DNA of 64,000 nucleotides, taken from positions 15,817,653 through 15,881,652 of the forward strand of contig NC_134028.1 in NCBI RefSeq assembly GCF_964204645.1. The letters are read 5' to 3'. The first letter of the stretch is position 1, and the number at the start of each line of letters is the position of its first letter. Source of the DNA: Tubulanus polymorphus (lineage: Eukaryota > Animalia > Nemertea). Below the pieces are notes generated by a model. That model made no database searches, was not told where the DNA came from, and saw only the letters and a list, made by a program, of their open reading frames with translations. A program made the position numbers and the translations under genes. This document shows, piece by piece, positions 14,086 through 25,838 of this stretch.

Positions 14086-15589
14086 CTCTCCATTGAGGAA
14101 GCAGGGCCATCACTTGGTTACCTTGATTGATGACTTTTTTTTAATGGTCGCTCAGACTTTACAACCGTGCAGAAAGACCGTCAGGGATACCCATGAGGTT
14201 TCTGATTGCACAGGTTTCATTACTCATCCTGTTACATCAAGGATGGACCCTCCCTGCTCAAAGGGTTACGTTTGCTGGCGTGGTTACTGATTCATTAGAA
14301 ATGACTATGTCCCTCTCTCAAGAAAGAAGGGAAAAAATTTTGAAACTAATGCTAAAATTCAACTCAAGAGTGCAGAGAGGATCTACAGTGGTGGACTCAT
14401 AATATAATGAAAGTTAGCCACCCTCTCTCCAGGCCCCCAGCAGAAATTTTCCTCACTTCTGATGCTAGTAGTATAGGATGTGGAGGGAAAAAGGAAGATG
14501 GGGGAAATTGGTCTAGCTGGGAAGCTGCACTGCATATTAACCAACTTAAGATGAAAGCTGCCCTTTTCACCCTACAAGCTTTGTGTAAAACGGAAACGGA
14601 TACTCATAGCTTGATTAGAAATGATGATTAAGTCGCAGTTGCCTACTTAAATAATATGGGCAGCAGAAGGGAAAAATGTAATGCTAAAGCTAGGGAACCT
14701 TGGGTTTGGTGCAAGGCTTGAGGTATATTGCTGACAGCTGCTTATCTGCCAGGAGCCCAAAACACTGAGACAGACACTTTGAGCCGTACTTACCATGATA
14801 ACAATGAATGGGGTCTGAATGATGGAGTGTTTAGAAAGTGGTTTCAAATTTTGGGTGGAGCCAGCTATTGATCTTTTTGCCTCCCGGAATTATCACAAGG
14901 TTCCAAGGTTTTTCTCCTGGAAACTGGATCCACAGGCAGAAGCAGTTGATCCATTCTCTGTGCTGTGGGATGAAGAGTTAGTTTATGTGTTCCCACCTTT
15001 TTTTTTGTTGGCAAGACGCTACAAAAAATCCAAGCACCTCTTTGGACTTCACAATTTTGGTTTTCTAAATGTGTAAAGATGCTAATTGATTATCCTCTTC
15101 TCCTATCTTCCAGAGAACACAGCACTCTTCTTAGGCATCCATCCAGACGGATGTGTGAGCTCCCGAAGATTAATATTTTAGCGACGAGGATATCGGGAGT
15201 ACAACAACAGACGGAATGTTTTTTCAGGAAGTTAGAGACATTAATTGACATTGTAATGAATGTACTATATTTCTTATCTGAGTTGTATTCTAAAGACCTA
15301 AGTTACAGTGCCATTAATACAGCAAGATCAGCACTTTCTACCTTTTTGTATCTAGATAAAACTCCTATTGGTCAGGTACCCATAGTTTGTCGATTCATTA
15401 GGGGTATATTTAATTTAGAGCCAGCTTTACCCAGAAATAGGGTTATTTGGGCCGTAGAACCAGTATTGAATTTCTTGAAAGGTCTGTCTCCTGCAGTTAG
15501 TCTGTCGCTAAAAGATCTCACATTAAAACTTGTTTTATTACTGGCGCTGTTAACTGGTCAGCGAGTACAGTCTCTATATCTGGATTTTA

Positions 15590-15990
15590 GGAAAATTGTC
15601 CCCCCCCCGGACAACTGCCCCCTGGACAATTGCCTCCCGAATAAAATCTTTTTTGATTGGGTTTAACACCACCTAAGTACTTTACCTAGAAATTCATTTG
15701 TATATTATTGAATATAGATTTATAACATACAGAATTACTGGTGTTGTGTGCAGATCAAAAACTTTAAATCAGTCCTTGAGTAACAGAAATTCACTTACCA
15801 AATTAAAGGAAACTTAATTAGTCCACTTAATAATAGTGCATCAGTTAACCTTGGCTTACTTATTGGTATTAGTTTTAGTGTTACTTTAGCCAATCATAAA
15901 CTTTAAATCAGTAATGAGTAATTAACTGCAATAATTAGCTAGAGTTAGTTCCCCTTTGTCTAATTAATTAGAAGTAAATATCTGTGTTAA
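15590..15990. mobile_element. Insertion in the DIRS recombinase, starting with short GGACAA(C/T)TGCC repeats
   Basis: Recombinase reading is interrupted by GGAAAATTGTCCCCCCCCCGGACAACTGCCCCCTGGACAATTGCCTCCCG plus AT-rich filler. Right boundary approximate. Confidence 0.55.
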
Positions 15991-17347
15991 AAAGAGAATA
16001 ATGTTAAAAGATTAAGAGATAACATTAAAAGCCTATGTACCAGACAGACATCTTTGTATTGTGAATTATTGTAAAGTTTTTTACCTTAATCGAACAGTAA
16101 AAATTGCGTGGTGATGCAACAAAACTCTTTATTTCATATGTGAAACCACATGGACCTATAAGCAGAGATACGTTGTCAAGGTGGATAAGAGTAATGCTTA
16201 CAAGGGCAGGAGTAAGACATGAACATTTTTACGTCTCACGGTACCAGGTCAGCGGCAACTACGACGCAGGAAAGAAATAATACTCATATACAATCTATAT
16301 TGAAAATGGCAGGATGGTCATATCAGTCAGTGTTTAGAAAATATTGCAGGAAACCAGTAGTTGATGAATCAAATTTCAATGTTATTTGAATTGGAATATT
16401 CGTGTATACGAAAACTGTTTTATGCATTAGTGTGGAGCTCCACACCTGTGGTGAAAGATTGTTAAACATTATTGAGTTAACAGCAGTTGAACATTTCATG
16501 GAACCTAATACGTCAGCATAATGTTGTCAGCAGTTATATAGAATTGGAAAAATAACCGAGACTTGCCTGGAAGTTGCAGGTTGTTTCTAATTCCGTCTAA
16601 CTGCTGACCAATGGAGAGGTAATATGCCCTCCCATATTTTAACCTCACCTAGTTGAGCATTGACTGTTAGATCTACATGCGAATCTCATGTTACCTCTCC
16701 TTTGGTCAGCAGTTAGACAGGATTAGAAACAACCTTCAACTTCCAGGTAATAGTACAACCCGTTTCTATACACTACACGATGTTGTTTTTTACTGGTTCT
16801 CAGAATGACGTTACACTTCCGGGTTGAGAATAAATCAGCGCGGCCGATCAAAAGTCTTGTTTTAACAGTAATTGAAGAATGCAAAAATAATTTCTTACTA
16901 ATAATTCAATAAATAGGTTATAATTGATGATAATAAATACTTTAGCCATATCTCCAAAACCTCTTCATGACCCCTTTATAGAGTTAGTAATTTTCTTTCC
17001 AGTTTCATCGACAACAGTTAATTTTCTCTGTGTTCCTTAGTCACTGACAATATTTTGGGTGTGCTCGTTACACTCCATACAAATGAATGAGGTTGTTTTC
17101 AAATCGCTATGGATTCTAAATTTACTATGAAAAATTTACTCAAGCTGCGACGAGGCCTCAGTCAACTAGATTTCATCTACAGGGTGTCCCATTAATTACT
17201 ATACATAAAGAACTGCCTGTAACCTCCACATTTCATAATGCTCCGATTTTCCACCATAGGATAAAATGTAACGGTACTTTTTGGTTTACCTTTGTCAGCA
17301 GTATGAGGTTGGCATTGAGCCAATTCATGTAAAATCACGGTACGTAT

Positions 17348-18067
17348 TTTTAATACCCAGTGATTGTGTTGATTGAGATTGAAGTGAAGCGAAAGTTCAC
17401 TACACAAGGCCTCCACGTGCGCGGGTGCGCTAACATTAATTAGACTGTTGCACACACAAACACACGCTCATACAGACTACAATATGGTGCTGTAACGCTG
17501 CTTGGCGCGTGCACGTTTGGTATGATAACAGGCTAAATAATCGTCGTAGCAGATGAGCACTGTGTTTTCTGATTGATAGAATTTGTAATAAATTGTAATT
17601 TCTTGTGACCTGAAAATACTAAGCAGCAAACTATTGGTATAGGTCGTGGTCTGAATATTGTAGTGGTAAATTCCAGGATTTAAAACGATCTACGCCCCGG
17701 TGTTTTAGCCATACATTGGAAGAGGTTTCGTTCCCAAGACTCAATATTCAGCCACCCTCTGACATGTGACATCATATGAATTTTATTTGAATATTTTTTC
17801 ATATTGTGAAAAATATTTTTTTGAAAATATAAAATAGTTTCCCTGTTGCGCCTACCTGTACCCTACAAATTTTTGGACGTAGACCATAAACAAATGTTTA
17901 TCTTTGGTCTTATTTGACTACTAAATGATTCTTTAAGAAAGATAAAATACAATATAAACTTCTAGAACTTTGAAGTCACGAATTAAAAAGATTTTTCAAG
18001 CAATGCCCTTACTCCAAACAACCTCTAGCTTTCAAGGTAAACCACACTTTGCCCATGGGCAATTTAT
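17348..18067 (+). mobile_element. Family A repeat copy ending in palindrome TTGCCCATGGGCAA; its 3' part is repeated at 18414-18687
   Basis: Colinear with 924-1566 and 45162-46447. Same end point at 18067, 18687, 31837 and 46447. Confidence 0.8.
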
Positions 18068-18880
18068 TTCTTTCAGCTGTAAATTTTTCTAGGCAAAATC
18101 ATTTCAACACATCCGATAAGTAATCTAGCAATTATCAACATGATGATAGATTCTGTTAAGACACTACAATATTCAAATAACAACTATCCAAAAGCTTGCA
18201 CTAACTTGGTCCACGTCTACAATAAAACCATTCCGATTCCCAGTCAACATATGTAACATTTCATGTAACGATGTAAGACAACACCGATCTCTTAGCTCTT
18301 TATTAAGTAATCGGTATAAAGTTCGATTAATTCTACTACAGAAATACAAAGCCACCAAGCAAGCTTTCAGTACAACCATGTCAGCAAGCCCATTTTTAGA
18401 ATTTCTTTCTTGTTTCATATTGTGAAAAAAATATTTTTTGGAAAATATGAAATAGTTTCCAATGCTGCGCCTACTTGTACCCTACGAAATTTTGGATGTA
18501 AACCATAAGCAAATGTTTATCTTTGGTGTTATTTGACTACAAAATAATTCTTTAAGAAAGATAAAATACAATATAAACTTCTAGAACTTTGAAGTCATGA
18601 ATTAAAAAGATCTTTCAAGCAATGCCCTTTACTCCAAACAACCTCTAGCTTTCAAGGTAAACCACACTTTGCCCATGGGCAATTTATTTATTATTATCGT
18701 GGTTGCTATGGTAATTTGCTTAGTGATTTCCTAGCAACTGATTACAGTGTTGTAGGGATTTTGTGTAATTCTGATTTAGAATAGATCACTGTTAAATCAT
18801 GTCTATGTCTCTGGAACAAAAAGCTTAGATGGTATGCTGGTTTTAGGAAACCAAAATTTTTGTTAGTCTGAACCATAGAT

Positions 18881-21186
18881 TTTTAGCCCACTTGGTACTT
18901 TAGTCCCAGCGGGCTATTGCGTTCACTTTTCGTCTGTCGTTCGTCCGTCGTAGCGTCGGAATCCAGTTATTTTGGGAAGTTTTGAAAACACTTCAATGTA
19001 ATGTCTTGATATTTGGGTTACGCATGTATCTACCCTAGAGACATCTTCAGCTCAAAAACTGGCCCTGTCAGAATCAAGATGGCTGACTGGCAGCCATTGT
19101 TGTTCGGCCAAATCAGCACTTTTTACAAATTTTTGAACTTTTTGAGGAAAATTTTGAAGACAATTTGATCGATTACCTTGATCTTTCGTTTATATTTGAA
19201 TCCCCCAAGGGCCCATCAGCATAAGAAAAATTAGGTTGACCGGACTCAAGATGGCTGTCCTATGACCTTTTTAGTGTCCAAAATTGACATTCAGAGTTCC
19301 CGAATTAGAGACCTGTAGCTTCCTACTGGTTTGCCATTTCTCATTGCAATTTGTGATGGGTATTCTTCGGAAAGGGATGTTTTATACCTGGGAGAGGCAT
19401 TTTTGATCAACCAATTAGGATGCAATTGGCTTCCATCTCGGTGTCATCAGTACTCATTCGTAGGTGGGAAAAAGTTTTTCCACATTATATTGATACGTAA
19501 GCATATTGTGCTACCACAATCGATTTGAAAGTTGTAGCTCATAACGTGTTCTATGATTTTGGGGTTGAGTTTCAAGGTCATTGGTTTTCATGGGCTTGCA
19601 TGCTTGCAAGCCCATATTGCTATCACACGGATTGATAACTTGCTCGGGGAGTCGATAACTTTCGTTAGAAACTTTCTTGGGCTCTGATATTTACACACAA
19701 TTAATGCAGTAATAAAATCTAGGTTCCTTTCGTATATTGGCCATATCGGTTGTCGTTTTCATTGTTTTATGATTTTGTTTAATCGTTTTTGTTATTTCAG
19801 CAGCACATACCAACCTTGGTTGTGTGTGCGTGATCAGTCTTGAAAGTGGTATTCGATGCGTGGCATAGTGCTGCCGACAATTCAATTCATTCTTTATTGA
19901 CACAATTAAAATTTCACAATAAAACATTTACTTTCACGTTTTTGAAAAATTCTTTTAATTTTCTTTTACTTTCATTAGGTGCTTGCGTTAGCGGCCATTT
20001 GTAAAATCTCTGTATGAACATCTATATTTTTTCAGTTAAAATATGTAAAACTTAAAAACCGCTATTCTGTAAAATAAATTCTGAATTGAATTGAAGACTG
20101 GTTCCCTGGCTCCAAAGAGCCAGGGGGCGGTAGTCTATGGTGGCCATAGACTTTATCGGATGATCGTAGTGGATTGTCATTTGAAGGAAATGCAACTTAT
20201 TCTTGCTTAACGTCATTATTATTTTAAAAAGAAAAATCGTGGCTCCTATCTATTTTCGTGTTCGCTTCTCTTCACCTGAAGTCACTCGAGTTAGTCACGT
20301 TTTTTCTTTCAGTTGTATATGTCTCTATGCAAAATCATTTCAACACAATCCGATAAGTAATCTAGCAGTTATCAACATGATGATAGATTCCGTTAAGACA
20401 CTACAATATTTAAATAACAACTACCCAAGAGCTTGCACTAACTTGGTCCACGTCTACAATAAAATCATTCCGATTCCCAGTCCCTGTGTGTAACATTTCA
20501 TGTAGTGATGTAAGACAACACCGATCTCTTAGCTCTTTTAAAAGTAATCAGTTCAAAGTTCGATTAATTCTACTACAGAAATACAAAACCACCAAGCCAG
20601 CTTTCAGTACAACCATGTCAGCAAGCCCATTTTTAGAATTTCTTTCTTGTTGTATATGGCCACCAGGGGGCGTTGAATAATACAATGACTTAGTATTTCT
20701 TAATTATATTTGTACCTGTGCATATTTTGTTACAACAATATATTGCAAAGTTGTAGCTCATGACATCGTCTATGATTGTGGTGAGTTTTAAGGACATTGG
20801 TTATTCTCTATGGTCACCAGGGGGCGTTGAATAGTCAAATAACTTAATGGCATATTTTGTTACCACAATCAATTGCAAAGTTGTAGTTCATGACATGTTC
20901 TATGATTGTGGTGAGTCTCAGGGTCATTGGGTTTTGCATATGGTCACCAGGAGGCGTTGAAAAGTAGAATAACTTAGTATTTCCGTATTAAATTGTTAAC
21001 TAGGCATATTTTGTTATCACAATCAATTACAAAATCGTAGCTGCTAACATATTCTATGATTGTGGTGAGTTTCAAGGTCATTGGTTTTTGTATATGGTCA
21101 CCAGGTGGCGTTGAATATTGAAATGGTAAGATTGTTGAGCATTTGAAACCACTTCCCAAGTGGGCATGGTGTCCCTGGACCCCTAG
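18881..21186 (+). mobile_element. Full-length HINE family B element (Helentron-like) carrying a nested HINE
   Basis: T-run, 5' subTIR GCCCACTTG with nearby inverted partner AGCGGGC, GTCY microsatellite, internal ~154-bp tandem units, 3' subTIR CAAGTGGGC, hairpin GTCC-CT-GGAC, then CTAG-TT. No TSD. Confidence 0.8.
19589..20649 (+). mobile_element. Second Helentron-like element (family C) inserted in a T-run of a family B unit; its 3' part also occurs at 18068-18413
   Basis: 5' GGGCTTGC..GCAAGCCC inverted pair and 3' GCAAGCCC...TTCTTGTT. The flanks rejoin as the normal unit CAAGGTCATTGGTTTT|TGTATATGGCCACCAGG. Confidence 0.75.
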
Positions 21187-21419
21187 TTGGGTTAAGAATC
21201 CCCATTTGATTGCAGAGAAGCCACTTAATCAATGTCATCAAGTGAGCTGTCTGTTGTCTATGAGGTGTGATCTTTGGATTTGCCATACTGTAGGTCATCC
21301 AATAGGCCTATAATCGGGCCATACTTTTTTGACAAAAATTGAAATGCTGAATATGAATGGAGCTGGTTATCATAAGATGCTGATTCAGTACTCCAGTACA
21401 AAACTTCATTGATGCCTAA

Positions 21420-22321
21420 GGCGCTTTTTTCTAATAACTTGGATTTTGGGAGGAAATCTTCGGTGGGGTAAAGGGAAATATAAAAAAAAAACTTTTTTCT
21501 TTGTTCTAAGGTAGTGTACACTTTTATGTGGGTGGAAGAAAAAAAAAAGAAGACTTTTCTCTTTTTTAACTTATTTCTTTAGGCAGAATTCAAAGGAATC
21601 CACAAAAATTGAATAATGACATTTTTCAGTTGAGAATCTAAGAATCCAAAGTGATTGAGCTGTTTTATGAATCGCTTGGATTTCAGATCGATCGTCGAGA
21701 ATCCAGTCATCTAAGAATTCCAGTTCCATCTCAAGTATATAGGATAGCTAACGGCTTTCTATTAATCTACAGAGTCAAGTAAAACCTGTAATTAAATGGA
21801 GATGTATCGCAACTGCTCTGTGTCAGACTTTTACCGACTGGAACTTACGCCATTTCACTAGACAGTTTATAAATCCACAAAGAATAGAATTAAATTGACA
21901 CACTGATGAGATTTCAAGCTTCACATGTATTTTAGTTGCGTTTTCTATTTGTAACAAGTCTTTAAATAACAATACATAATTGACAAACAGGCCATGTTTC
22001 AGTGTCAAGCACACAACGGCACGATTTAATTGTTGTGGGCCTGTTGAGGGCTCGAGTCCTGGCACAGTCTGCCTAACCGAACGAGCGTGTTTTTGCAAGA
22101 TGCTTGCAATTTGGTAAAAATTTTTTCACCCTGGGATAGAAAATACTCGCAAAGAAACGCATTAGAAAATGAGATAGAAATTTGTGTTCTTTATTTTTCT
22201 TATTTCCCCTTTTGTTAGGGCGGGTAGTGGATATGAAAATTAAAAAAAATTTTTTTTATTCAAGAAAACCGGGAATTCTTGGCGGCGGATCCGAAATCAA
22301 AGTAATTAGAAAAAATGCACC
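21420..22321. mobile_element. MITE with GG..CC termini and TAA TSD (PIF/Harbinger- or Zator-type), inserted in the DD41D transposase
   Basis: TIRs GGCGCTTTTTTCTAATAACTTGGATTT and AAATCAAAGTAATTAGAAAAAATGCACC. TAA at 21417-21419 and 22322-22324. Confidence 0.8.
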
Positions 22322-23741
22322 TAAAAGAGGAATTCTCAATCCAGTGTGGTTCCTAAAGGATGGTGCGCAATGTCTTTCAGCCCGCAAAATAATTTATGTT
22401 CTGCATAGGCATTTCGGTGACTGAATCTCAGTGCTCCAAGCTGTAAACGACTGGGCCCCATACTAACCTGACCTAAATCCACTGGATTTTTACTTGTGGG
22501 GCTAGCTGAAGGACACAGTGTACCAAAACAAACCAGAAACTATTGATGATTTCGAGAAAAACATTTGCAATAACATAGATGATTGTCAATGTACTGAGAA
22601 ATTTCAACAATAGACTGAATCATATGATAAAATTGAAAGGTTTTCCCATCTAGTTATTATTAAAGAGTTTTAGTCCGTTAATGGAGCGGGGAACTATCGA
22701 TGGTAGAACCTTAAAAAAAAAGTAAATAAAAATATAGTTTTGACGAGAAGAGTTGTTTATTTGAAGACGTCCTGAGTCAGAATGCTTGAGTACAAATATC
22801 ATAATGAATAAAATAGGTAATACGCGATAATAATAATATTATTGCAATTATAATTGAATGATAAAGAGAGAGATATGAGTGAGATTTGGATACAAATGAT
22901 ATCTGAACCAAATATATATGGTTTCAACTAATATTAAACTATAAATCTTATTCATTTGATTTTGGATATATGCATATGTAAATATATATTACTATATAGG
23001 TAAATGTATATGTAGTAATTCTAATTAGCAAACATTAAGGTAATCGCCAAGATCCTTAATTATTAGGCCTAAGTATAAAATTGCGAGACAGTTAAACTAA
23101 CCTTAAAAAGATGAGTAAACACAAATATAGTTTTGACGAGAAGAGTTGTTTATTTGAAGATGTCCTGAGCCAGAATGATTGAACTTTCTTCTCAGGACAC
23201 TCAGCTGGCCCATCCCCGAGGGTTGGGTCAACAAACGAACAAAACTTGCTGATTGGTCAGAACTAAGTTCAACTTCTCAAAAGAATAGATTGATCTGTTT
23301 ATTATACATAGTAACTGTCTAGGCAGAAACAGTTTGAGAGTGCTCAACAGGTGCAAACAATGTTGGCTGACCTGTGAGACATATACAATTAATTGAATAC
23401 TAATTAAAAGGGAACTGGAGACAGGCAGTTCTTTATGTATAGTAATTAATTGGACACCCTGTATTACATATTATTACGTGCTTAAGCATCATTTGTTGAA
23501 AGAGAATCAATCTTCTGAATAACATCATCAGCTTTTGTGAAGTAATTAATAGCCAATTGACCCAATCCCCATGCAGTCCCTTAACTATAGTAAGGTTACC
23601 CCTGGGCAGACTAATCATTTTTGAATACCAAAGATCAGGGTCACTGGGGGTCATTCCCTACTGGCTACTGCCAGGGACATAGATACATAGTATCAAATTG
23701 CCTTGTTGTGGTTGACATTTTCTGCTTTTTATTTATTTCAG

Positions 23742-23800
23742 TCCTCTAAAGCTAGAAAGGAGACACCTACAAGACGTGTACCATCAAAGCGAACACCATC
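23742..23800 (+). CDS. EXOC7: Exo70 internal coding exon
   Basis: TTTATTTCAG acceptor, TC|GTGAGT donor, 59 nt, phase 0 to 2. SSKARKETPTRRVPSKRTP(S), compared with vertebrate PNKRKDTPTKKPVKRP. Confidence 0.88.
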
Positions 23801-24699
23801 GTGAGTTTTTCAAAATTTGTGGTTGATTTATGGTTTTCCCTTTGTTAGTGATAGTGGAGTTGGCATTAAGCCAATTATATATGATTGCGGTACATTTCTA
23901 ATGCGGCCTTTTGGAGAGGAGAGGAAAATAGTAACGAGTATAGCTGCAAAGCACAATAACGGGTTTTTCCCTTGCTGGTTGAGATGTCTTAATATGAAGC
24001 GTACATAGATTTTAATGAAATCAGTCTCATCAGTTTGTGACATGGCTATTTTAAAGGAGCGCCACTTAGGGGCTTATACATTACCTGGGCATGTACTACA
24101 TGTACTACTACGTACAAAGTATCGATGTTCCAAGCAGGGTGAAAGTAGTTTTGAGGATAACGAAGATCATGTTATCGTTGGCCTATGTGACTGACCTTGC
24201 TTGAGCGTTTGCTGCCGGCGCGTTAAGAATAAAGTATTATATAACTAATTGTTAATGACAAACAACAAATAAACCTTTGAGAAAAGGTACCTAGTGTCTG
24301 ACATTCTACTGAAAAATTCCGGATTGATTCACCGCATAGTTTTTTCATAGTTAGCATTTTAGTATATGAATCAATTAAGATGATTGACAGACGCGGGTGC
24401 GGTTGTATCAGCTGTTGAAGAGGTTCGATGTGAACAATAATTTTAAACACGTGTGCGATGAAAATGGGGACATCAAACCAAGAAGCGCTGAATTTTTTAA
24501 TTACATGTGATTTCAATAGGCATCTGTGCTGGTTTTTCAAAAAGTCTAATCTTAATTGACTCCTATTGCATAGGCCTAAGCCAGGACCTCTTGAATTGAA
24601 TTGAATTCGACACAGTAATTCGCCTGTAATTTGCGATGGAACTTTTTGAAAATTAGCTTGAAGATTGAGTCTGGCGAGATATACACCTCTATTGTAAAA

Positions 24700-25290
24700 A
24701 AATGTCATTGGTGATCAAATATGGCTGCCATTGGGGTGGCCATCTTGAATTTCTTGTTTGCCGATGCAGCCCGCAATTCTTGATGGATTTCCACAAAATT
24801 TGGTGTGAGGATCAGGGTAGGTAAGCTGTCCATGCCTTTTGTATATGGAGGTCATCGGCTTTCAATTATGGCCGCCAGGTCAGCCATCTTGAATTTCTAG
24901 CACGAAACGGCCTGCAATTCTTGATGCATTTTCATGATACTAGGTGTAAGAATTTTGGTAGGTGAAATGTCTACCTCTTATTGAAAATTGAGTTCAAGTA
25001 TGGCCACCAGGGTTGCCATCCATCTTGGATTTCATTTCAGCACGATGCCTAAACCAATTCTTGATGCATTTTTTCATGTAGTGTGATCTTTGGGTCAGCT
25101 AAAATGAGCTTGTCTTTTCATGAAAGGATATATTAACAGAAAATGAACATTATCGGCACATAGCCTATACCATCTTAACTATTTTAAAACTTGTTACATC
25201 GCTACAATGTAAATCTTTCTGTTAAAGAATGCTGAATCATTCTACTTCTACTGTGTCATGAAGGTATAAGGCCCATGGGCCTCTTGTTTG
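24700..25290 (+). mobile_element. HINE-like element (family D) with ~140-bp units rich in ATGGC(C/T)GCC and GCCATCTTG motifs
   Basis: CATCTTG at 24741, 24885 and 25021. Ends in hairpin AGGCCCATGGGCCT followed by CTTGTT. Confidence 0.7.
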
Positions 25291-25838
25291 TTCTCGCCAC
25301 CAGGGGGATTTGAGTATTGAATTATATACAATTTGTCTATTTTTATTGTGAATGTGGATAGTTTGTAACCACCGTCAGTTGTAAAATTTTGGCCTTTGAC
25401 ATATTCTATGATTGTGTGCAGTTTCAAGGTCATTGGTTTTGTATTTGGTCAGCAAGGGGCGTTAAACAGGTAAATAACTTAATATTTTCATATTGTTTTG
25501 GTACATTGGCATATTCTGTTACCACATACAGTCATGAAGCTGTTGCTATTGACATGCTCTATGATTATGATGAGTTTCAAGGTAATTGAATTCAGTATAT
25601 GGTTACCCTGGGGCATTGGAAATGCAAAATAACATGGCAATTCCTTATAGATTGGTACCTATGCACATTTTTTAATACAATCGATTACAGGATTGTAGCT
25701 CGTGACAAGCTCTATGGTCGTGTTGCTATTTCAAACTCATTCATTGATAAATCCGTCAATTCATAAGGGGGTTTTTATATTGAATTGTCTGATTGTGAAG
25801 CTTTCCACTGAGTCTGTATGGTCTACCTCGACCCTAGT
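25291..25838 (+). repeat. Old diverged HINE family B 3' portion
   Basis: Degenerate 154-bp units, ending GGTCTACCTCGACCCTAGTT. Confidence 0.65.

Larger units (their letters stand above)
11575..16751 (+). mobile_element. Degenerate but essentially full-length DIRS1-like tyrosine-recombinase retrotransposon
   Basis: gag-like ORF 11842-12453; RT 13216-13560 (SNIFTRNKKD..RVILDL..LN..HFKMDT..IDWKDAY) continuing at 14093 (LIDD); RNase H 14407-14790 (TSDAS, HINQL, AVAYLNNMG); methylase-like DLFAS...YVFPPF 14819-15000; recombinase 15250-15590 (SYSAINTARSALS, LALLTGQRVQ) and 16100-16380 (LFISYVKPH..TLSRWI..SHGTRSAAT..MAGWS..FRKY). Left ITR ~11580-11640, ICR ~16496-16626, right ITR ~16670-16751. Confidence 0.92.
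17180..23461 (+). mobile_element. Tc1/mariner DD41D (rosa/Visitor-type) DNA transposon shell with TA TSD, filled by nested insertions
   Basis: ~41-bp TIRs CAGGGTGTCCCATTAATTACTATACATAAAGAACTGCCTGT (17180) and its complement (23421-23461), with TA on both sides. Transposase remnants at 21189-21419 (NPHLIAEKPL, IIGPYFF) and 22325-22645 (WFLKDGA...WAPY*PDLNPLDFYLWG*LKDTVY). 41 residues lie between the second and third catalytic Asp. Confidence 0.88.

Noticed and set aside
20651-21120. Regularly spaced GC-rich motif suggesting a CRISPR array
   Set aside because: The spacers are homologous to each other (whole-unit tandem repeat), the context is eukaryotic and there are no cas genes.
22708-23180. 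Short local direct repeats (22708-22785 with 23100-23178; also 27540 with 27600, and 37628 with 38054)
   Set aside because: Small duplications without LTR, TSD or coding features; no function supportable.
24223-24708. 161-aa minus-strand ORF
   Set aside because: No recognisable motifs, intronic, and flanked by repeats; likely chance.
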